NCBI GenBank assembly: GCA_963977015.1
Contig: CAXBMO010000027.1
Location: 23,733-87,732 of the forward strand
Reading direction: 5' to 3'
Origin: an uncultured bacterium
GTDB taxonomy: Bacteria > Verrucomicrobiota > Verrucomicrobiia > Verrucomicrobiales > DEV007
DNA: 64,000 nt
Shown here: positions 59,901 to 64,000 of the stretch, in pieces
Position numbering within the stretch: position 1 is the first letter of the stretch
Layout of the letters: each line of letters begins with the position of its first letter
The notes under the pieces: model-generated
What the model was told of the DNA's origin: nothing
The model's database searches: none
The model's input: only the letters and a program-made list of their open reading frames with translations
Program-made: the position numbers and the translations under genes

Positions 59901-62900
59901 AAGTCCACGGATAGTGATATTTCCTGCGTCTCCGAACTGCCTTCCCTCAGGTCCATTGCTTCTTGAGTCGGAAAACAAGAATCCGTTCTCATTTAAATGG
60001 AGTTCATCCGTCCGGATTTCGATACTGCCTGCGGGGCCAATACCTCCTCGTGCGCTTACTTCGATGCTAGAAATAGTTATTCGCGGTGCCTCAAGAATAA
60101 CATCACCACCTTTTCCCTGGTTTAAGGTTGCCGAGCTGATGGTTTGAGTAAGGCTACGTCCATCCAGGTTGATTTCATTGGACGCCTTGATTGTAAGATC
60201 GCCTGCATTGCCAGTTTTGCTGCCTGCCGAGTTTGATTTGATCGATCTGGATCTGTTGAATAGCCTCAAATCGTTCACCTCGATCGTAATGTCTCCGGCG
60301 TCTCCAATACCTTGTGTCGTTGTGCTGATTTTGGCGAAATCTTGCATCAGGAGCGTATCTGCCGTGATTGCGATATCTCCACCAGTTCCTTTTACCGAAA
60401 ATGTCGATATTTGTCCGCCATCCAAGCTGATAGTGCCGGCCGATGATGCATTGGGATCACTATGGTCGGCCTTTGAAACATGAATCGTTATACTGCCTCC
60501 ATTACCCACACCATCGGGAAGCCGGTTGCTGGGGTCTTCACCTCGGGCCAAAATGAATCCCCTGGAGCCAGTTACATTGAGGCTTCCTGTTTGAACAAAA
60601 ATGTCGCCTGCGCTTCCAGCGCCCGTTGTTTTGGAACTGATGGGGCCGAGCAATTCAACTGAATTCGCGAAAATTGCAATCGAACTTGCATCATGGTCAG
60701 ATGGTGTGCCTGTGGTAAAGCCCTGGGTCTTTGGCACGGTGAAGGTTCCGGTGCGAAAGGTGATATCTCCAATTTCTGTATCAGGAAAGGCTGTACCAAA
60801 GTTGATGCCCCCGTCAATGGAGATGCTCGTGTCCGCTTCGATGATAAAGTTGGGTTTGCCCGGTATTGAAGTCGGATTGGTGAGAAGGATTTCTTTTCCG
60901 ACAGCTCGCAGAGCCGGCTCGCCGCCAACGTAGCCAGTCGAGGTCAACGACAGAACATCAGGGAGATTTAGGAAAAGAACATCATTGGGCCCAACGCGAC
61001 TTGCTATGTATTCCCCGCCTTCCGCTTTCCCGGTTACCGGAGCATTGCCAAAGGAGATGTTTCCAAAGTCGTTGGGCCCGACTTGGACGGCTCCCGTGAT
61101 GTGAACGCTTGTTTGATCGGAATCGACTCCATTGACGTCGCGAAAAAGGATATCCGGGGCGTCGCCGACGAGAAAGTCCTCTCCCGCCTCTGGATTCAGA
61201 ACCCGGGTCGTGGTCACGTTTCCGGCAATCTCGGTCGCAACGGCTTGGAAATGAATCGTGCCGGCCCGAACCCGGTTTAGATCGTTTCGGGTTGCTTCAG
61301 ACTGGATGCTGGCGGCCGCTCCGATTGAGATCGTTCCTCCCGAAATCGTGATATTGCCGCCAGAACTGGGATCGGTTCCGTCCACGCTGGATGAACCCAG
61401 AGCCGAGGAGGAAATGGTGCCGCCGGCCATCTCAAACCGGGCATCGGCGATTCCCTGGCTGGCGTCGGTGGAGGCGAAAATGGAAAGGTCGCCGCCAATT
61501 CCGGTGTTGAGGCCAATTGACGAAAACGTGCCTCCATTGAAATTGACCTTTCCGACGCGGGCCAGGGATCGGCCAATTTCAATCAACCCGCCATCTCCGG
61601 TGCTCTCGGTCGTGGTGTTGACGGTTCCGGAGTTGAGGGTGAATTGATCCGCGGCCAGCAGGCTGACATCTCCGCCGGTTCCTGCACCCGTGGTCAACGT
61701 GGTGATGTTGCCGCCGTCGACCGTGATTTCAGGTGCGTTGATAGTGACCGCGCCTCCGTCTGAATTGACGCCACTGGTTCCGATTTTCCCGTCCGCACTG
61801 GCGGTAACGCTAGTCGCTGCAGTCAGATTCAAGGATCCACCTGGAGCGCTTCCGGTGGATTGCGTTCCCAGGAAACTATTGGCTCCGGAGACGGAAACGG
61901 TATCGGCGAAAATCGCGATGTTGCCGCCGATTCCGGCATTGGATGTTTCCGACAAAATCGAACCGCCGTTGGTCAATTCCAGACCATCCGCGTTGATCGT
62001 GAGCGTTCCCCCTGCGGCAGACGCCATTCCACTGGTTTCGGTCACGATGGAGCTACCAGCGCCATCAATTGCGACATCTCCGATTGTGGTGATCCCAATG
62101 GCTCCGCCTGGCCCGGAACCGCTGGTGGAGGACTGGATCAAGCCGCCGTTGGTCACGGACAGGTTTGCAGCATTCAGAGTTAGCGTTCCGCCAGCGCCGG
62201 ACAAAGTGGTTTGCGTGCTGATTGTGGCGGGGCTGGCATCTCCAATGACGTTGAGGTTCCCAGATGCGGTGAGTTGGATGTTTCCGCCAGGTTGAGCTGA
62301 ATGGGTGACCGACTCGACGACTCCCGGCATCGTGGGAGTCGATTGGATGGTGATGTCGCTGCCGGCATCGATGAAGATGTTTCCGCCACCGTTTCCGGAA
62401 TTCGCGGTTGAGGTGATGGCGCCGTTGACGATGGCCGGTCCGCTGACTTGGATGTCGATGTCTCCGCCCCGACCGGTTGCGAAATCGGTGGAAGTAATGG
62501 AGCTGCCACCTTCGACCGTCAGTTTTCCTCCCCGAATCACCACATTTCCGCCGCTGGTTGAGGAAACATTCGACCCGATGGCGCCGTTCAGGGTGACGCT
62601 GGCGGTTTCGGGCAGCGTCAGGTTGATGACGGGGAGGGAAGGGGGATTGGTCACGTCGAGAGTGGTGGTGGCACCAGGAGGGGCCGCGACCAGGTTGGTT
62701 CGTCCAGAGGTTGGCGCGATGGTGCTGTCGGTGATCTGGACGGAGCCGCCGAGGAGATGAATCGAATCGGCGCTGCCTGCTCCCCAGTTGACTCCGTTCA
62801 GGGTGATGGCGGAATTGGGCCCGAGGAAACCGAACGAAGCGACTTTGCCCGTCACCGTGGCCGGTAGCGCGCTTGCGGTTGCGGCGAACGTGCCTCCACC

Positions 62901-63353
62901 TTGGAGCGTCATCCGATCGGCTGTCGTGGCGGTGAACGCGCCGGTGATGTTGAGCGAAGCGCCGTTGCCGAAAATGACGCCGTTCGGGTTCATGAAAAAG
63001 AGGTTCGCCCCGGCATTGATCGCGCCATTGATCGAAGAGGGGGCCCCGCCAGTCACTCGCGTCAGGACGTTGTTCACGCCGTCGGTCTCGAAGTTGGCGG
63101 ATTCCAGATTGTCCAGATTGAAGGACTCGAAACTGTGAAAGAGGTTGGCGCCAACTTCTTCGCCCCGCGCCTTGAGAATTTCGTAGAGGGGGCCGGTAAG
63201 GGTCAGTTCGTCAGCGGAGAGATCTCCGCTCAGGTCGAGGTCGTCGTGGATGCCGATCGATCCGTCGAACTTGATGCTCTGTCCGTGGATGATTCCCGAG
63301 AAAGCCAGTGTCCCCAGCACTAGCCATCCAAGCAAAAGAGGTTTTTGAATCAT
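56934..63353 (-). CDS. Filamentous haemagglutinin-like two-partner secretion exoprotein (TpsA), 2139 aa
   Basis: Signal peptide; TPS domain NLFHSFESFNL..RVTGG..NLFFMNPNGVIFG; many G(N/D)AGxIxI beta-helix repeats; C-terminal C...SFILVGRGGLP motif. Confidence 0.92.
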   Translation of the reverse strand: MIQKPLLLGWLVLGTLAFSGIIHGQSIKFDGSIGIHDDLDLSGDLSADELTLTGPLYEILKARGEEVGANLFHSFESFNLDNLESANFETDGVNNVLTRVTGGAPSSINGAINAGANLFFMNPNGVIFGNGASLNITGAFTATTADRMTLQGGGTFAATASALPATVTGKVASFGFLGPNSAITLNGVNWGAGSADSIHLLGGSVQITDSTIAPTSGRTNLVAAPPGATTTLDVTNPPSLPVINLTLPETASVTLNGAIGSNVSSTSGGNVVIRGGKLTVEGGSSITSTDFATGRGGDIDIQVSGPAIVNGAITSTANSGNGGGNIFIDAGSDITIQSTPTMPGVVESVTHSAQPGGNIQLTASGNLNVIGDASPATISTQTTLSGAGGTLTLNAANLSVTNGGLIQSSTSGSGPGGAIGITTIGDVAIDGAGSSIVTETSGMASAAGGTLTINADGLELTNGGSILSETSNAGIGGNIAIFADTVSVSGANSFLGTQSTGSAPGGSLNLTAATSVTASADGKIGTSGVNSDGGAVTINAPEITVDGGNITTLTTGAGTGGDVSLLAADQFTLNSGTVNTTTESTGDGGLIEIGRSLARVGKVNFNGGTFSSIGLNTGIGGDLSIFASTDASQGIADARFEMAGGTISSSALGSSSVDGTDPSSGGNITISGGTISIGAAASIQSEATRNDLNRVRAGTIHFQAVATEIAGNVTTTRVLNPEAGEDFLVGDAPDILFRDVNGVDSDQTSVHITGAVQVGPNDFGNISFGNAPVTGKAEGGEYIASRVGPNDVLFLNLPDVLSLTSTGYVGGEPALRAVGKEILLTNPTSIPGKPNFIIEADTSISIDGGINFGTAFPDTEIGDITFRTGTFTVPKTQGFTTGTPSDHDASSIAIFANSVELLGPISSKTTGAGSAGDIFVQTGSLNVTGSRGFILARGEDPSNRLPDGVGNGGSITIHVSKADHSDPNASSAGTISLDGGQISTFSVKGTGGDIAITADTLLMQDFAKISTTTQGIGDAGDITIEVNDLRLFNRSRSIKSNSAGSKTGNAGDLTIKASNEINLDGRSLTQTISSATLNQGKGGDVILEAPRITISSIEVSARGGIGPAGSIEIRTDELHLNENGFLFSDSRSNGPEGRQFGDAGNITIRGLSQPAAQSVIVDGTINSRTRSTGNAGNISINANHAEVRGTVLSTSEVVVQNISLGQVSGEFDSGAAFLEELGYTILDPTDFRLERIDSALRIEELENSGVVDSSTALSGVAVIEKLAEFGAVDTSEAINAINAELANPGGFHNNPEFAGRQLNSFTATEVLIALQYERIRELAKRIVEPNWGNAGSIHISGGRLDVSGSIDTQTETSGTSGTVALNVGELNLAPTGEIRSLTTGEYVPDGELAGNAGRIDIVANTANLMGAIDSRTEGEGQAGVVTLSGNQLTISKGGFVTSQTLGSGNAGQVNFTGNIITFSDGGFSTTQTASRGRAGTVSIRGREVNISSGGFVTSETKTAADAGDILIGTSALNISSGGFLTTRTSGPGNAGTINITTDALAITGNGSVSSTTSGAGDAGSVSVTANAVNLGGGASLSATTSGSGQGGNVAVDASDMLIDGGVIEAQAQSTGSAGSIDLAVASFLTVRNGGRVSATTSGSGHGGSITVQGNTIAVDSAGRISAEAAGSGDAGTLGITAATLTVQNGGGVSGTTSGTGQGGTVTVQTSGNTTLRNRGRIEAETRGSGNAGSVSLAAGNLFMNSGAGVSATTLGSGSSGNITVSARDRVLLQGGAGIEAVSRGRGNAGNIRLNAKQIAMSSGGNVSATTLHSGQGGSVQVGANRITMTGNGSGIEAQTAGSGRAGNINVRSLTDLNIFNGSSIRGSTSGSGRGGDITATVRDINISGSGAGIFAESTGSGNAGSIDLNVTGRNTLRLSNNGTISSRSAGAGNAGSIDIDSVGNIILSSGSSINVESLLTNAGSIFLDGGSNLLLDSSSITARAGQNAGNIEIRVPDTIRLDNSQIIAEAGSDGGNIIIDDARFLLLNNSILSANAILGTGGFIQIGSDVLFQNNSSITASSDFGTDGEVRIDALSDLSAAQAALDAALLDSSNDLQERCTIKIPGQRNSFILVGRGGLPVMPGRFLPGHQLLELPKTP
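56947..57338. repeat. Direct repeat (copy 1; copy 2 at 63609-64000, may extend past the window)
   Basis: Ungapped alignment at offset 6662; the encoded peptides differ at 10 of 131 residues by manual comparison. Confidence 0.9.
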
Positions 63354-63604
63354 GGCGCAGTTAGAGTCTAGGTTCCCGCTTCAGGGGAGATTCCCTGTCG
63401 CAATACGATTGGTTAAACCTGACTGCGACAGCCTCACCTTCGGCGTTTCATGAGTGCCACGTTGTTAGGTTATCAAACGCTCGACCTTTGCGTCAATTAT
63501 CTTCCTGTGGAAGGTCGCCGAAAGAAAATGCCTCGATGGCGAGGTTGATATAGGGTGGTGCGGAAAAGGGATTGCGGTGTCCCGGCAATCTTCTCCACTT
63601 CCCG

Positions 63605-64000
63605 CTACGGCAGCTCCAGCAGCTGATGCCCCGGTAAAAATCGTCCGGGCATGACAGGAAGCCCGCCGCGACCGACGAGGATGAAGCTATTGCGCTGACC
63701 CGGGAGTTTGACGGCACAACGTTCCTGCAGGTCGTTGCTGGCATCCAGCAACGCCGCGTCGAGGGCGGCTTGAGCCGCGCTGAGGTCGCTGAGGGCATCG
63801 ATGCGAACTTCGCCATCGGCGCCGAATTCGGAGGAGGCGGTGATGTTGCTGTTGTTCTGAAAGAGGACGTCGGTGCCAATCTGGATGAAGCCGCCGGTGC
63901 CGAGAATCGCGTTGGCGCTGAGGGTGCTGTTGTTGAGAAGCAGGAAGCGGGCGTCATCAATGATGATGTTGCCGCCATTGCTGCCGGCCTCGGCGATGAT
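63605..64000 (-). CDS. 3' end of a second, paralogous filamentous haemagglutinin-like gene (starts beyond the right edge)
   Basis: Manual translation: IIAEAGSNGGNIIIDDARFLLLNN...LQERCAVKLPGQRNSFILVGRGGLPVMPGRFLPGHQLLELP*, with stop at 63605-63607. Confidence 0.9.
   Translation of the reverse strand: MIAEAGSNGGNIIIDDARFLLLNNSTLSANAILGTGGFIQIGTDVLFQNNSNITASSEFGADGEVRIDALSDLSAAQAALDAALLDASNDLQERCAVKLPGQRNSFILVGRGGLPVMPGRFLPGHQLLELP

Noticed and set aside
56381-63353. CdiA toxin with cognate immunity gene
   Set aside because: No VENN-like motif or variable toxin tip. The downstream small gene is convergent and has a signal peptide.
63493-63978. 161-aa minus-strand ORF in the track (and 56339-57118, 57119-57334)
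   Set aside because: Off-frame readings of the TpsA C-terminal coding sequence; the true frame ends at 63605.

Overview
A gene-dense bacterial chromosomal segment of moderately high GC. It is most likely from the PVC superphylum, probably Verrucomicrobiota. This is inferred from the DUF1501 and PSD1/DUF1549-DUF1553 genes, a Rhodopirellula/Verrucomicrobium-type ECF sigma factor and a DUF4175-like/prenyltransferase pair. About 44 protein-coding genes can be read. Core or metabolic genes include pyc (truncated at the left edge), modB/modC-like, accD, comF, trkA, a CPA1 antiporter, eda, moaA, dgkA, glcD-like, algI/algJ-like and a sugar ABC pair; signalling genes are also present. No rRNA, tRNA, CRISPR array or transposase was seen. 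Two REP-like palindromic elements lie between pyc and modC. The most notable loci are: (1) a co-oriented minus-strand cluster at 50.6-56.3 kb encoding a membrane-spanning TIR/DUF4062-like + nSTAND1 + TPR (NLR-like) receptor, a 55-aa lipoprotein missing from the ORF track and an exported metacaspase-DUF4384, next to tandem filamentous-haemagglutinin (TpsA) genes; (2) an ECF sigma factor translationally coupled to a PSD1 dihaem protein whose N-terminus looks like an anti-sigma domain plus TM helix, followed by DUF1501; (3) a nitrate-reductase-like molybdoenzyme whose Mo-ligating Cys is replaced by Gly. All family assignments come from motif recognition by eye, not database searches. Start codons were chosen manually where the ORF track over-extends.
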